In this document: in pieces, positions 1 through 16,072 of the stretch
Layout of the letters: each line of letters starts with the position of its first letter
Numbering within the stretch: the first letter of the stretch is position 1
NCBI GenBank assembly: GCA_951406725.2
Contig: OX597815.1
Location: forward strand, 125,488,001-125,552,000
Length of the DNA: 64,000 nucleotides
Reading direction: 5' to 3'
Source of the DNA: Octopus vulgaris
Lineage: Eukaryota
Notes under the pieces: generated by a model
What the model saw: only the letters and a program-made list of their open reading frames with translations
What the model was told of the DNA's origin: nothing
The model's database searches: none
Position numbers and translations under genes: made by a program

Positions 1-757
1 AAAACTGCAAAAGCTAACACTCATTTTAGACATTGTGGATAACGTTCATGCATTCCAAGGAAGGTTTCTGATAAATGCTTTGTTTTTGTACCATAGGCCC
101 AAGTTAATAGTGAAGTCTTTGTGCCTGGTATTATAAGGATGAACACATCTGGTTTTTGTGCTATCACAGCAGTTAATGATGAAAGTATTTCAACACTAAA
201 ATCCTAGTCAAATGCTGAAGTAAATCAACATAGCTAGAAACTTCATCAAATGCATTGGCAGAACAAGTTTTTTAAGATGTGCTGTTAATGGAAGTGTTAA
301 AGGGAAAGATATTCAGAAAGTTGCTGAATAAGAAACTCATTTAATCAATGTCAAAATATATAATATGGATGTCAAACTTATGAGGAGAATGATAAAAATG
401 ATGGTGATGATGATGATGATAATAATGATGATAATAGGGAAAATAATGATGATAATGATGACAATCTTTGATTTGGCTTTGACCATGTAGAATAAGGGAT
501 TTAACAAGAAGTTGGCTGTAATGAAATGAGAGGCAATGAAATATTAGAAACAACCATCAAGCTTTTATGCACCTTATCTTTGTTGTCTGGGCTGGTGTAG
601 ATTGTTAAATGTGTTTGTTTTACATTTTGGATGAGACAGTGACAAAGTTTACACTGAGGCAATTTTGATGTCAATAGGACTGCCAATTAGATGTTGAAAA
701 AAAAATTAGCAATGATTCGACTGATGCAACTTTTACATAGTTGCATAACTTGCTTAA

Positions 758-979
758 CCTTTTTGTTACAATATTTCTGTTGAGATACTCTGTGTTTCTT
801 TCAATTGATTTTAAATATAACAAAGAATTTTGTAAAATAACTTAGTTATCATTCAGCTAGTGTTAAGAACATAAATTGTGACTAAGATTTGGTGGAAGAT
901 TTTAATTCAGAACTTTTAAAAACAAGATATATATACTACAGTGCGAGAAATGGTTTCAGGCGGGTTGGTATCAAAAGGG
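758..979. mobile_element. piggyBac-like MITE
   Basis: TTAA at both ends (754-757, 980-983); imperfect TIRs CCTTTTTGTTACAA / (rc) CCCTTTTGATACCAA. Confidence 0.7.
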
Positions 980-1089
980 TTAATGTAGGTATATTCCTCT
1001 TGATTAACTCCCAAGTGGTTTTAAACTGAGAACCACATATTTTAAGGCCTACTTTTTAAGAGGATGGTTTTATTTGATAAATAGTCTTT

Positions 1090-1449
1090 TCTTTTCTACT
1101 CTAGACACAAGGTCCAAAAATCTTTTGGGGGAGGGAGCCAGTTGATTAGATCAACCCCAGTTTGCAACTTGTACTTAATTTATCGATCCCAAAAGGATGA
1201 AAGGCAAAGCCGACTTCGGCGGAATTTGAACCCAGAACATAAAGATCAACAAAATACCTATTTCCTTATTACCCACAAGGGGCTAAACACAGAGGGGACA
1301 AACAAGGACAGACATAGGTATTAAGTCGATTACATCGACCCCAGTGCGTAACTGGTACTTAATTTATCGACCCCGAAAGGATGAAAGGCAAAGTCGACCT
1401 CGGCGGAATTTGAACTCGCAACGTAACGCAGACGAAATACCGCTAAGCA
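1090..1449 (-). mobile_element. Composite tRNA-derived SINE (two core copies, Meta-domain-like)
   Basis: Two copies of the core (rc) GAGTTCAAATTCCGCCGAGGTCGACTTTGCCTTTCATCCTTTCGGGGTCGATAAATTAAGTACCAG with two different 3' tails; the same core recurs many times in the window. Confidence 0.8.
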
Positions 1450-1790
1450 ATGTTTCAGACAGCAACATACATTCTATAGATCTATTTGGGTAAAGTTGAC
1501 TTGATGAGGCTGGGGGCGTAATTCATCAGTAATAACTCTGTGTTTCTTTGTCTTAGTATAAGTTATGAATTTTTTGTGGATAAAATGATAGAAGAGGCCA
1601 TTGGAATACAGACATATAACCCTGCTATCTTTTTAGAGATTTGTTTAATCATGAAAAGATAGAAAATGCTTGTCTTCTCCATAAATTTGTTCCATAGAAA
1701 TTTAAAAGGATGTCAAGTGATTGATGTTTGTGTCTGCTATTGACCATCTAGATTATTCTACAGAGGTTCCTCATTGTGAACATACTAGAC

Positions 1791-2101
1791 CAGTGTTTCT
1801 GAACCTTTTTACCCTTGCGTAATCCTTAAAATAAATTTCATGTCTCAAGGAACCCCTATACAAAAAAAAATCATATACCATATCTTTCTCATATTTTTTC
1901 ATTATAGTTCACATGGTAAATATCATACATATATATATAATTATATATATCTATATTACAATGACTAATAATATGTTGTGAATGTAAAGTAATATTGCAA
2001 TTATGAAATTAGCATTAGCTTATCTCCCTCTTTCTTGCAGAACCCCTAGAAACCTTTTGTGGAGTGCTAGGGTTCTGGGGAACTCTGGTTGAGAAAGGCT
2101 G
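1791..2101. mobile_element. hAT (Charlie-like) non-autonomous element
   Basis: Perfect 8-bp TSD TACTAGAC (1783-1790, 2102-2109); TIRs CAGTGTTTCTGAACC / GGTTGAGAAAGGCTG; internal GAACCCCT motifs. Confidence 0.85.
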
Positions 2102-2410
2102 TACTAGACCATCAGCATTAAAAAGAATGCACCAGTAATAAACTATAACTAAACCCTTCCTGCAGAAATTTGTAACCTTGTGCTAATATAAAAGAACCAT
2201 TATTGCACAGGTTGGCAGTATCATTAGAGTACTGGTAAAAATGCCAAGCAGTATTTGTTCTGGCTCTCAGCATTTTGAGTTCAAATCCTGCTGAAGTCAC
2301 CTTTGTTTTCATAATTTCACTGTTAATAAAATAAAGTAACAGTCAAGTACTAGAGTCAGTGGTATTAGCTAACTCCTTATCCTCCCAAAATTGCTGGCCT
2401 CGTGGACAAC

Positions 2411-2450
<40 letters not shown>

Positions 2451-2679
2451 GTTATCATCATCAGTGCTGTTCTGTTATCATAATTGCCAACCTCCTCCTC
2501 CTCCTCCTCTCCGCATCATCATAATTTGCAGTAGTAATAGTTGTGGTAGTTTTAGCAGTAGCAGACTTCATCTTAGTTTCTGTAAATATTTATAAAATTT
2601 TTAACTATTATATTTTAGAAACACACATGCTCGTGTGCACATACACACGCATGCACACACATGCATGTACACACACACA

Positions 2680-2733
<54 letters not shown>

Positions 2734-2959
2734 GGATTGCTAAACGTCATACATTTTGAAATGTGAACTGCGGAAAAATTCAAGATTCATATGATTATCA
2801 TTTCATCATTTATGATAGCATAAGGAAAGGAAATATTTTTCAAAATAAGAACTCTAAAGCATATTTTGAAAATAAACATTAAATATTTTCACAATGCATT
2901 CTTTGAAATCTTTCCAGTAGTATAAATAAAATAGATTATTATTTTTATTACTATTATAA

Positions 2960-3050
2960 TTCTTCTTCTTCTTCTTCTTCTTCTTCTTCTTCTTCTTCTT
3001 CTTCTTCTTCTTCTTCTTCTTCTTCTTCTTCTTCTTCTTCTTCTTCTTTT
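2960..3050. repeat. (CTT)n microsatellite
   Basis: Direct reading; source of the poly-K ORF. Confidence 0.95.
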
Positions 3051-3400
3051 TCTTCATCTTATTCTTATTATTAATACCATGATCATCATTATTATTGCTG
3101 TTTGTCCTTTCAATGTCCACTTATCCTTTGTACCAATAAGAAACTATTATAATTATTATCATTAATATTATCATTATTGTTGGTGTTGTTGCTGCTATAA
3201 TTTGGGCAATGAATTAGCCGAATCATAAAAGTTGCACAAAAATGTTTTGCTGTATTTGCTCTGGCTCTTTATGTTCTAAGTTCAAATCCTGCTGAGATCA
3301 ACCTTGCCTTTTATCCTTTTGGGTTCAGTACAAAAAAAGTGCCAGCAAAATACTGGGCTTGATGGTATTGGCTAACTCCTTCCCCTCCAAATAGTTGACC

Positions 3401-3462
<62 letters not shown>

Positions 3463-3754
3463 CATTATTATTATTGTTGCTGTCATTGTTGTTGTCATTG
3501 TCGTCGTCATCATCATCATCATCATCATCATCATTTGTACAATGGATAGTCAAAATCATCAGAATGGTAGAAAAATGGTTTGCAGTATTTTTTCCAGTTA
3601 CAGTTCTTTATCATTTGAGTTCAAATTCTACTGAGGTCAGCATCACTATTCATCCTTCTGGGTTGATAATCTACCAGTTAAGTACTAGTGGCAATATAAT
3701 TGACTAACCTCCTCCTCCAAATTGCTGGCCTTATGCCTATGTTAGAAACAATTA

Positions 3755-4085
3755 TTCACCCAACTGGCTCCCATGCTGGAGGCACATAAAAAGTACCATC
3801 CAAACATGGTTGATGCCAGTGCTGCCTGACTGGCTCCCATGCTGATGGCATGTAAAAAGTACCATCCAAACATGGTTGATGCCAGTGCTGCCTGACTGGC
3901 TCTTGTGCCAGTGGCACATAAAAAACATCCACTAAACTCTCAGAGTGATTTGCATTAGGAAGGGTATCCAGCTGTAGAAATCTTGCCAGATCAGACTGGA
4001 GCCTGGTGCAGCCTACTGGCTTGCCAGTCCTCAGTCAAACCATCCAATCCAGGCCAGCATGGAAAGTGGACATTTTTTGATGATT
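3755..4085 (+). mobile_element. RTE-LINE 3'UTR / RTE-dependent SINE fragment
   Basis: GGCAYRTAAAAAGYACC units followed by GGAAGGG(C/T)ATCCAGCTGTAGAAA...CAGCATGGAAA and a decayed (TGA)n tail, as at 27555-27900. Confidence 0.7.
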
Positions 4086-4528
4086 GTTGTTATGACGGTT
4101 GTAGACTTACAGAAAGGATAGAGTGTCAGAATGCACCTTTTGCCATATTTATTTATGTCAGTATATTCACTTGTGTCCCTACCCCATTGTTATCCGTCCC
4201 TAACTCTTCTCAGGCACTCTTGCAATTTCAATCCACTTACTCTTCTTGTTCTATTCCCAGGGCCTACTCTGCTTCTCATCACCTTCTGCAAGAAACATGT
4301 CTTGGCTCCTACTTTCAACACATAGTATAACGATGCCTTAATTGTAAAGATTCTCAACTGTAGTCCTACTCATTCAAAGGAGATCTTAGTCTGGTGAACT
4401 TCATGGTGACTTCATTCATACTGTTGTCATGATAATAACATGCAGTACTCTGTTAATGGTGGTTGGTGTTAGGAAGAGCATCCAGTTATAGAAGTGATTC
4501 CTAAGCAGACATTAAAGCACTTTGTAGA

Positions 4529-4676
4529 CAGTAGCATAGCTGGTGTTGGGGCACTCTTCTCTAGGCAACTCTTTTATTGGGTGCAGCATTTTTAGGCCTG
4601 CTGTACAACCCTTGGGGGCACTGGGGTGGCAAACTCAAGCGTTGCTCTAGCAGCACATACTCTAGCTACACCACTG
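4529..4676. mobile_element. Short hAT-like MITE
   Basis: TIRs CAGTAGCATAGCTGG / CTAGCTACACCACTG (decayed CAGTGGCGTAGCTAG); no clear TSD. Confidence 0.5.
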
Positions 4677-5245
4677 TATTTAATCTTCCGACCTGTTGGA
4701 TTTTGTCAGACTGTCCAATCTATGTCAGTTTAGAAGACTTATGTTAAAAGACAATGATGATGTTCCCTACATTCTGAGTTCAAATTCCATGATGATCAAT
4801 TTTACCTTTTCTCCACTTAGGGTTGTGAAAATATTCTGTAGTAAAATCAATAAAAAAAGAGTACAGTGAACTTGCTGTGAAGAGTAGAAAATCCAACATT
4901 TTATAAGTGTCCTTCTTCAAGGAAAAGTTGAAAGGTGAAAAGTAAATAAGATACAACAGAATTTTACATCTTCTAAGTTAAAATAATTGGCTGCAACTAT
5001 CCAGTTAATTACACCCGTACCCTACAAATTTGTAACCTTGTGCTAATGGCAATGATCATTATTTTTTTATTATTTTGCACTCACATACTGGGTATATATC
5101 ATATAGAGATATAAAGGGTATATATCGAATTATTCTACATGTTAATGTAGTAAATATGAAATCTGATATCCAAAAATGGATGTTCAGTGGTATTGATTAT
5201 GCTCTGTGTATGTTTATGCGTGTTTGTGAGTGCATGTGTGTTTGA

Positions 5246-5276
<31 letters not shown>

Positions 5277-5774
5277 CTCATGCATGCACGCACATATTAT
5301 AAATACTTAGACACACATGTGCATACTCACTAACACACAAACACTCAAATATATCCGTTTTGTTGAATAAACCATTAAGTGAGATTTATAGTCTTAATCA
5401 GCTCAAACTTTACAACAAATTTGACTCTACTCTCTGTGTTGAGTCATTAGTAAATGTTTTGCTGTTGTTCTTAATTAGTTTTAACAACTTAACCTTAATA
5501 TACACACACGCATTTACATATATATGTATATATAAGTGTATATATGCATATAGATGTATATATGTGTGTATATATACACATATCTGCATTGATATATATA
5601 TCATCATCATCATCATTTAATATCCATTGTCCATGCTGGCATGGGCTGGACGGTTTGACTAGGGTTGACAAGCTGGAAGGCTGCACCAGACTCCAGTCTG
5701 ATTTGGCATATATATATATTTATGAATATATATGTATATATGTATATGTGAGAGTGTGTATATATATATGTGTG

Positions 5775-5812
<38 letters not shown>

Positions 5813-6012
5813 CACATGCATATGATGGATAATGGAAAGGGGTATGTATATATTTCATTAGTTTGCAATGCTGAGTTTAAAATTTCCTCAAGTCAAAACT
5901 TAGTGAAAAATAAATAAAAAAATAGAAGTTCATGACAATTCTTAGCAATATTTATGTGTATTCATGTATGTATGTATGTGTGTGTGTGTGTATGCATGCA
6001 TGAGAGAGAGAG

Positions 6013-6063
<51 letters not shown>

Positions 6064-6559
6064 TTCATTTTTGTGTGTATGGTTCAAATATTTAAAATGT
6101 TCACATTATTTGGGGTTCTTTTTTTTTTTACTATGTAAGGTATTTATTTTGACAATGTCATTTCTTGAAGAAATTGTTTCTTTTTTTTTGACGTACTGGA
6201 TCTTTATGTTTCTCCTTTTTCAACTTTATTATGTGGCTGATGCAATTCCATGTACTTAACTGATACATTCGGGTTTTTAGAGAATGCTTCTATATTAAAT
6301 TACTTAATTATTTAAATGATCCAAATGAGGTGATCTCTATGTGGTCACTTGGCCTGGTACTTCAGATGTACAAAAAACAGGATACTCATGGCAAGAACAT
6401 CTTTCATCAAAGGCTATTAATGCAATATTCACTGTTCTAACAAGGCATCCATATTAAGTCAGCTTTAAAGACTACTTTTTGGTATTAATACTGCTTCCAT
6501 TGCTAAAAATTAATTTCCATGCTATTTAATCTTCACTGTCAGTACAGATTAAATAGTAT

Positions 6560-7080
6560 GGAATCTTAGTCATTGAATGCTGGGATATGCAAGTAGATCT
6601 GAAGTGAAGACATATTTCCTGAAGAAGCAGCCATAACATTGGTCTGACTGGACATGGGTCTCCTTTCTAGGAGCACAAAAAAGCATCTTTGTGGCCGAAC
6701 TCACAGTGCCTTGGGACGACAGGCTTGGCATTCCACATCAACTAAAGCAAAATTCAAAGATATGATAAATGAAGCTCTTGTCAAAGGATGGCATGATACA
6801 TTTTCTTGATTGAAATCAGCTGCTATAGTTCCACAGTATGTTTTGTGTGTTGTTTCTTACAGAAGATCAGTTTGGAATCCAAGCAACTAAAGAAAGCCAC
6901 TAGGAAGATAGACGTAGTAAGATTCTATCTCAAGGTAATTGTGGTTGACAAGAGACTGCAGATGGAACCATTTTGTAGATGAAGGCTAATTCAGTTCTCA
7001 TTACCCAACTCAGGTGTACAGGCTAAGGGGCAAAACATCTGTCATCCTGAGATACTAGCTGATGATACTGAAGAATTTCC
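6560..7080 (+). mobile_element. HERO-like non-LTR retrotransposon 3' remnant (RLE endonuclease, degenerate)
   Basis: Frameshifted translation gives W.MQVDL..FPEEAAIT, ELTVPWDD (6697-6720), GW, LKKA, LWLTR, matching the C-terminus of HERO-clade RLE elements. Confidence 0.65.
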
Positions 7081-8639
7081 AACAATGCAATTGCCTTAGT
7101 CATCATTAAAAGGAAAAACTAGCAACATCTTTAAGCAACTCCTGCCAAATCTGTTTGGGGCAAAACATCTCTGATATTTACTTCACCTTCAACTGCCTAA
7201 CACAGTAAAGTGTTCTTCATCAGTTCAAGGTTTGTAACAAGAAACAAACCAATGAATTAAACTATGCACTGAGTCATGTCATGGTGATTGTTATTCTGTT
7301 CCCTTTCAAAACAATGCTTTTAATCTTTAACATCATTTATATTAAACACTTAGCAAGGAATTCCTCTTATTTTCTGTTTAGAAAAACACAATGTTTCAAA
7401 CAGTTAGTTCACTCTATGACCATCATTGTGTTGTTCCAAAGGTTAAAACATAACAGAAAATAGGTTTATTCAATAGTACTCAAATGAGATTTTCTTGCAT
7501 ATTTTGTCACAAAATAAATAAAATAAATATTGATTTTTTTTTTCTTCAGGCACACTTTTTATGATGGAAATGTCACTAAAATAAATATTTATATTGACTC
7601 TCAGAGTAATGAAAGTTTGAGTCAATACTGGCAGATGTGAACTCAAAACATGAAGAACAGAGTAAGATTTAAATAAATACCATTACGTATTCAGTCTGCT
7701 GTTCTACCATCTCTTCCGTTTTATGCCTCATCCAAATGGCATGATTATTGTCCAGTCAAAAAATATAATATTATTTGTGCTTTTAAATAGAATACATTGA
7801 TAAGAGATCTCACCTGATGGATATATTTGTTAATGTGCCTTTTTGCAATTTATTTGCACCAAGTATAATAAACAGGTGGTTATATAAATCTAATATTGCT
7901 TTGCTGCATATAACAGATTTTTATTCAACTGGACAACTTATTGAAACATCAGTGAGTTTTCAATCACTGTTTTCCTATATAAGTAGCAATGGATTTTGTC
8001 TTAGTATGTGGTTAGTAGCAAGCACATGCTATTGACAAAGCCTAAAGCAGCAGAAATGCATATCTAGAATTTTTGCTGCCACTACTGGATGATTTTCATC
8101 TGATATTTAAACACACTATGTCTATTATTATCTGTGGACATATACTGCAATTAGTTTGCCTTTTGTGATGTATAAGATACACATATGGCTACAATAATGG
8201 TATTCAAATATATATGTCTGAATAAATTTTGCAACAAGAGAGAACTATTATTCCTTAATTTTTGAAAAGTCCTACTCTTGCTTTCTTTCCTTTCATTTGT
8301 TTTTCTTCTTTGTGTTAAATATAGGTTTGAAAACAATCACTTGAATATAAATTGATTCTCAACTCAAAATATTTAACATTACAGAAACAAAGTAAATCAA
8401 AACAAATGCATTTTATGATTAAAAAAGCAATAATTTTACTTAAACCTTTTGGTAAAAATAAGACAAACTGAAATGTTAGAGTACATTATCTTTTTCAACA
8501 GCTATCTTTTTAATGTAACACACACAATATGCACACACGCACGCACACACTCACACACACATGTATGCATACACTCATGCATGCATGTACATGCGTGCAT
8601 GTGCATTTATGTGTATGAATATACATACATATATATATT

Positions 8640-9700
<1,061 letters not shown>

Positions 9701-9985
9701 CATATGTAATTACTAATATTTTTCCTCTTTTAATTTACAAAACTAATGATTGACACTAAATGCTTGCTGTTTGCTTTTTCTCCCATCTCTGTTTCTTCCA
9801 GTTACTCAAACCCTGCATTCAAATTCAATGAATGTTTATCTGGAATCAAACTTTGTTAGGGGCAGAAAGTGGAGACTTTTTTTTTCATAAGTTTGGTCTC
9901 TTTAAAGCCATTCCTTACATCGTCATATTTAATAGCTTCACACAAGCTTGAATCATAAAAGCAAGTAGAAAAAGCATGGAGTAGA

Positions 9986-10068
<83 letters not shown>

Positions 10069-11209
10069 TAATAAAATAGATACATATATAGAGATAGACA
10101 AACAGACAAATAACATGAAAGGGATGTTTATGAGAAACTGGTTGGAGGAGGTGGATTAAGAGGAAAAGAAAGACAGAAACAACTGGAACAAATAAAGAAA
10201 GCAAGCAAACCTCTTACAGTAACGTACCTTCAAAATTTCACCTTCCCCCCAAAAAGAAAGAAAAGAAGCAAAGAAGAAAAACTATATAATTTAAAATTGT
10301 ATACTCTGTAAAGGCAAATAACATCAGCATGGGATCTAATCAGCTAGAAATATCAGATGAGGTTCAAACAGGCTGTGTGTTGCCTCTTGCATTTAAGTTC
10401 CCATGGTAACATTGGGATAGGATGTGAAGGAGAGATGATACAGGAAGTGGAAAATAGATTTAATACTGGAATCATTTCAATATATAATTAAATAAATTGA
10501 AGGATTTTATAAAAAAAGAAATAAAAAATGCACAAAGGGGTTAGAGCAATATATCGTCATGATGTCTATGGAGATTATTGCTTTTTTCTTTTTGCTAAAA
10601 GATAAATCACTGAGAAACATTTCCACCAGAACATTGCTTTGCGTTTAAGATAAGCAAGATTGGAAAAATAATACTTCTAGACATTAAAATAAAAGAATAT
10701 TGTGCATGTGTGTGTGTGTGTATGTGTGTGTGTGTGTGTGTTTGTGTGTGTGTATTTGTATATACAAAGAACAATTTTTTTCTTTTTAGACATGATGTTT
10801 TGAAAAACAACTATGTTCTAATTTCAACTGTTTTACAAAGGATTTCCATATCTGCATTTTAGAGTCTGATAGTTAGTTCAGAACACTAAAGTTCCCAAAT
10901 TCCTTTTTCATGACTTTTCCAGACTATCTCACCCTCATCTTCAGGATATGGAAATGTGTTAGCTTTAGTACTATCTCCTTCCATTTTTTAACAATGGGCA
11001 ACTTTTAATTATGCAGACACTACAGCCAGAGGTTAACCATTAGGACGTTAGAGTTCCTTCCACATCATAGGTGATGTGTTTATCGTGCTTGTTGTGAAGT
11101 GTGTATATTATCTGAGTATCATTTGAAGACTTGCGTTGTATCCTACATACATACATACATACATACATACATACATACATACATACATACATACATACAC
11201 ACGTACATG

Positions 11210-11980
11210 CATACCATTATTTTTAAGAGCCTCATGAACAACATTATCAGAAAAATTTCCACTTTCTCTTTTAATGATGAAATGTTCTATAAAGTAGTAT
11301 CCTCCAACAATAGGGATTTACTAGCAAGTACATTTAATGAAAGATTACCTATTCACCTTACTTCCAGTTCCATAAAGAAACATTGTAATATAATATGGTT
11401 TATATCCCACTTTTCATGCAATGTAAATCTCATATAGCAAGAATTTTCTAATCTTAACAAACAAACACTTCCCTGCCAACCATAGATATAGAAAATATGC
11501 TACAGCTGCACCACAATCACCACAAATACAGTATTGCACACATTCACCAAAGAAACTGAAATCATATGCTCATGCTGGAACACGAATAAATTCCCACTAG
11601 ATAATTCCTCCACTGCAGAAGCCATACTTGATGAGATAACTCCACCAATATAGCACACATTTTCAACAAGGTGGGTAAACAATACATAGGCATAACAAAA
11701 AGGAAATTTAAGAAAAGTTTCTACAATCATAGCTCTTTTTTTTAGATATATAATAAAAATGACTGCAACAAACTAGTTGACTATATCTGTCTATTAAAAG
11801 AAAATTTTGAGACAAAGAATTTAATGGAAAATCATTAAAAATAGAAGAAAACAATGTAATGTGTGCACAGCAAAGAAAGGAATAACACTCACAAACCTTT
11901 ATATAATCATAACTTCTTCTTAGATATAAAAAATCAATGTTGGTTTTGTGCAGGCACATCAAAAAATACTTTTTATAGAA
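11210..11980 (+). mobile_element. Penelope-like element remnant (thumb/linker + GIY-YIG endonuclease), degenerate
   Basis: Translations: IIRKISTFSFNDEMF; NIIWFISHFS (cf. NIIWFNPP); KHFPANHRYRK; CSCWNTNKFPLDN; KQYIGITKRKFKKSFYNH (YIG at 11683-11691); WKII; CNVC; CRH near 11950; stops and frameshifts present. Confidence 0.8.
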
Positions 11981-12437
11981 ATGAGAAATGTCGCCTTCAC
12001 TGAATTATAAACATAAAATTGCACAGATATTTGAAATTTGTTCACTTTACATTTTCTCTATCTAAAATTCACTATCAATTTCTTATTTCAGCTTTTTCCA
12101 TTCTCTCATTTCATTCCTTTAATTCTTCAGACACTAACCTTCTCTTTCCCTACCATTATAATGGTCTCACATGTCTAATTATTGATGTATCTATCTCCAA
12201 TAATTTTAAATCCCATATTTTTTCAATTTTCAACAAACTACTTTGTCTTGCAGCTTCAAGTTTAACACTTCGGATGATTGAGTAGAAATAATTCACTGCA
12301 ACCATCTAAGAATTATCTATTTTACCGGAAGTAGAAATATTTTTACACATAGCTTTTCAAAACACATTTTTATACTATCATAAAGCACATAAAAATATGG
12401 AACCAAAATTATATTGTTACCTTGAAACTGCTGTATT

Positions 12438-12484
<47 letters not shown>

Positions 12485-12745
12485 GCATTACTCTATATTT
12501 TCATATTTAGTACTACCTATTTTTAAGATGTTATTTATGTAACCAAATATGGAACATGGGTGTTAAATGGCAATGATAAAGTATATATATATATGTAAAT
12601 ACAAATGTGTGTATGTGTGTGCGTATTTATGTGTGCTCATGCATGTGTGTATGTGTATATGTACATGTGCATGTATATATAGCTCCAATCCAGTTTTACA
12701 CTCAATATATGTTATGTTGTATGTTTATTTACCATCAATTTTTTC

Positions 12746-12776
<31 letters not shown>

Positions 12777-12797
12777 CACACATATATATATACATAC

Positions 12798-12858
<61 letters not shown>

Positions 12859-13113
12859 TATATATATATATATGCATCTATATTTATTCCTTTCTGTCAA
12901 AGAACATAAGTTTGAAACATAAAAGACTTTTCCATTTTTCGTTAGTGTTAAACTAATATGCCTGTTTCAGATGACATTGAGATGCTCAATATAGAAAACA
13001 CTTTGTAGTGATCAAATGATTTGAAGTTACACTCTAAAATCTTTACCAAGGACTAAGTCAGTGGAGTAAAGAGTGGCTATAAAAGGAAGTAGGTATGAAT
13101 ATATGAATAGACA

Positions 13114-13197
<84 letters not shown>

Positions 13198-15011
13198 AAG
13201 ATAGATAAATTAATAGTTTGACTGGCAGATAGGAAGATAGATAGAGAGACATATGTGCACACATATACACACAAAGATTCACACACACACTTACACACAC
13301 ACACATATATATATAAAGAACACACATTTTCTTTTACTGGTTTCAGTGATTGGACTGTTATCAAAGCTGGGGCATTGCTTTTTGGATTTAGTTGACCACA
13401 TCAACCCTAGTACTTAATTCACTTTGGTACATATTTTATCAGTCTATATTACAAGGTAATGCTTTCCAATTCATAACTGTTTACAATTTCTGAAACAACA
13501 CTAGACTTTATATGACAACAGATATGGATACATAGTTAGTAAAAAAGTATTTGTATGGCACTCCACTTGCAAGAAATTGTGGCTAAATCTTCCTTTAAAA
13601 ACTACCTGATCAACTTTTAAGCTGGTTGAATATACAAGATGAATTAATATTGGTATAATATACCAAAATATTAAGGCAGGATGATAATACCTAGAATGTC
13701 AGTAAAACGATAGCTTCTTGGTATCGAAACTATCATAACAGCCATATAGGGTCTTAAGAAAAGCAATCTATTGAACCCCTACATACACAACTTCAGCTTA
13801 CATAGATTAGTACTGGGTCCAGTGTGTTCATGCCTTATGGTAGCATTGCTTGGCACATAACTCTCACAACAAAAATGACTGAAGCTGTAATACCGCAAAA
13901 AGTGTGTTTTAAAACCTCTACAAAAGTATCTTTAAAAATGGTCTAAATACACTAGCACCATCACAGTAAAATTAAATGACTTTGCATGAGAAATAAAACT
14001 GTCAGAAATATCAATGATAAAAGCAGGAAGTACCATTACCTCCTTTCTAATGTCACAAGTCTGCATAGGATCTGTGACATTAGGAAGGGAGATAATGGTA
14101 CTATGTTTAAATATGAATAGTTTTACATACAGTAATCAGCTACATAAATATGATACAAAAATATTTTTAAAATTCTGCTATCCAACACCAATGATATTAA
14201 AAACTCTTTTATGAAACTAAAAAGCTTTTCATCGCTTAGGATATAATTCAGGAAACATTCATACTACCAGAACACCAAATAACCCTCATTCCAAATTATT
14301 CTTGGTACAAAACAAACTCATGAACATCATCAATAGGGAGAACTTCAATGTTCACAACACCTCTTGACTTTCATAGAGTATAAATGACATAATATCCAAA
14401 TGATGACCCCCCCACCCACCATACATAACTCTTCTTCAGATATAACTTTCTGTGCTATGCACCTATCTACTACAACTATTTGGTAAACAATTCTATAACT
14501 TTTCTTGAGCCAATTACAAGTTATTATCGCAACACACTTGTATATCAATGAGGGAAGTGAAAACATTTTTATATGCATCAAAAAAGCACAATGCATTGTG
14601 TCTCACCAAGAAGTAGAATCAAAATTTTCAAAATTCAACAACACCACAATCACTAATGTAGACACTGATCGTATATACATTCAATCAACTATTTGTTGCT
14701 GCACTTAAAAAAAAACACAGAAATTTCACAAGGCAATGTACACAAATAGATCCTCAATTACATCACCAGAAATATCCAACCTCATAAAAATCCCCAGAGA
14801 TAACCTTGAACACAATGTATCAAAACCACACACAACTGAAATAAAACTCAGCATCAAACAACCAAATGAAAAATTAGAAACAAACAAAAACAAATAAATA
14901 AACAAACAAACTGAAAAACCTAAATAAAGATAACAAAATAAACCATATTAAACTAAAACTGGCCAACTTTTGCATCTAATATAACTACAAAGCTGACAGT
15001 AAAGCACAAGG

Positions 15012-15133
<122 letters not shown>

Positions 15134-15616
15134 CCTTTCTATTATAGGTACAAGGCCTGAAATTCTGGGGAAGGGGGCTAGTTGATTTTATCAACCCCAG
15201 TGCATTACTGGTACCTATTTTATTGATCCTGAAAAAGATGAAAGGCAAAGCTGACCTCTGTGAAATTTGAACTAAGAATGTCAAGCTGGAAGATATGCCA
15301 CTAAGCATGCTAACCAGTATGCTAATGATTCTACCAGTTCAGAATGGCCAAGAATGGACACATAGCCTGAAACTTTTGGGGAATGGGGTGCTAATTGATT
15401 ACATCTACCCCAGAGCTTGACTGGTTTTTATTTTATCAATCTTGAAAGGATGAAAGGCAAAGCTAACTTTGGAGGAACTTAAACTCAAATTGTAAAGAGC
15501 TGGAAGAAATGGCACTCTGCTATTTTGTCCAACATATTAATAATTCTGTTAGCTTAATAATAACAATAATAATGATGATGATGATGATAATGATAATAAT
15601 AATAATAATAATGATG

Positions 15617-15708
<92 letters not shown>

Positions 15709-16020
15709 TGAAATCACAAAAATGGAGAAGCTTAGCACTATAATAATACCAGTAGTAATTGGTGCATTGGGGATGATAAAGAAGGGAGCTGAGAAATATA
15801 TTAAGCAACTCTCTGGTAATGCCAATCTCTGTGAACTACAAAAGATAGCCTTCATGGGTGCAGCCCATATACTACGGAAAGCACTCTCCATCTAAAATGG
15901 AATAAATTTTGTGATAATTTTAGCGTGCATAGCAAAACAAAAGTGCCCTTGCTGCTCTTGGCCTCCAGAGGATACTCGATACTAAGACAGCTGAAATAAA
16001 GTTACAATGAAAGGAAACCA
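15709..16020 (+). mobile_element. R4/Dong-like RLE non-LTR retrotransposon, 5'-truncated, within (TAA)n
   Basis: EITKMEKLSTIIIPVVIGALGMIKKGAEKYIKQLSG...ELQKIAFMGAAHILRKALSI* (stop 15895), then a short 3'UTR; (TAA)n on both sides. Confidence 0.8.
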
Positions 16021-16022
16021 TA

Positions 16023-16072
<50 letters not shown>

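Noticed and set aside
1-700. Possible minus-strand coding sequence
   Set aside because: Stops in the frames read; at most a very decayed LINE RT trace (D.TSAFD-like), too weak to call.
7010-7070. Hammerhead-like words in the HERO 3'UTR (GGTGTA..AAAACATC..CTGATGA)
   Set aside because: CTGATGA lies after the GAAA-like box rather than between stems I and II, and the GAAA itself is mutated.
7500-8350. Splice-like signals (ttcttcag at 7549 plus; cag|gtgaga at ~7813 minus)
   Set aside because: No open, protein-like frame; such signals are expected by chance in AT-rich DNA.
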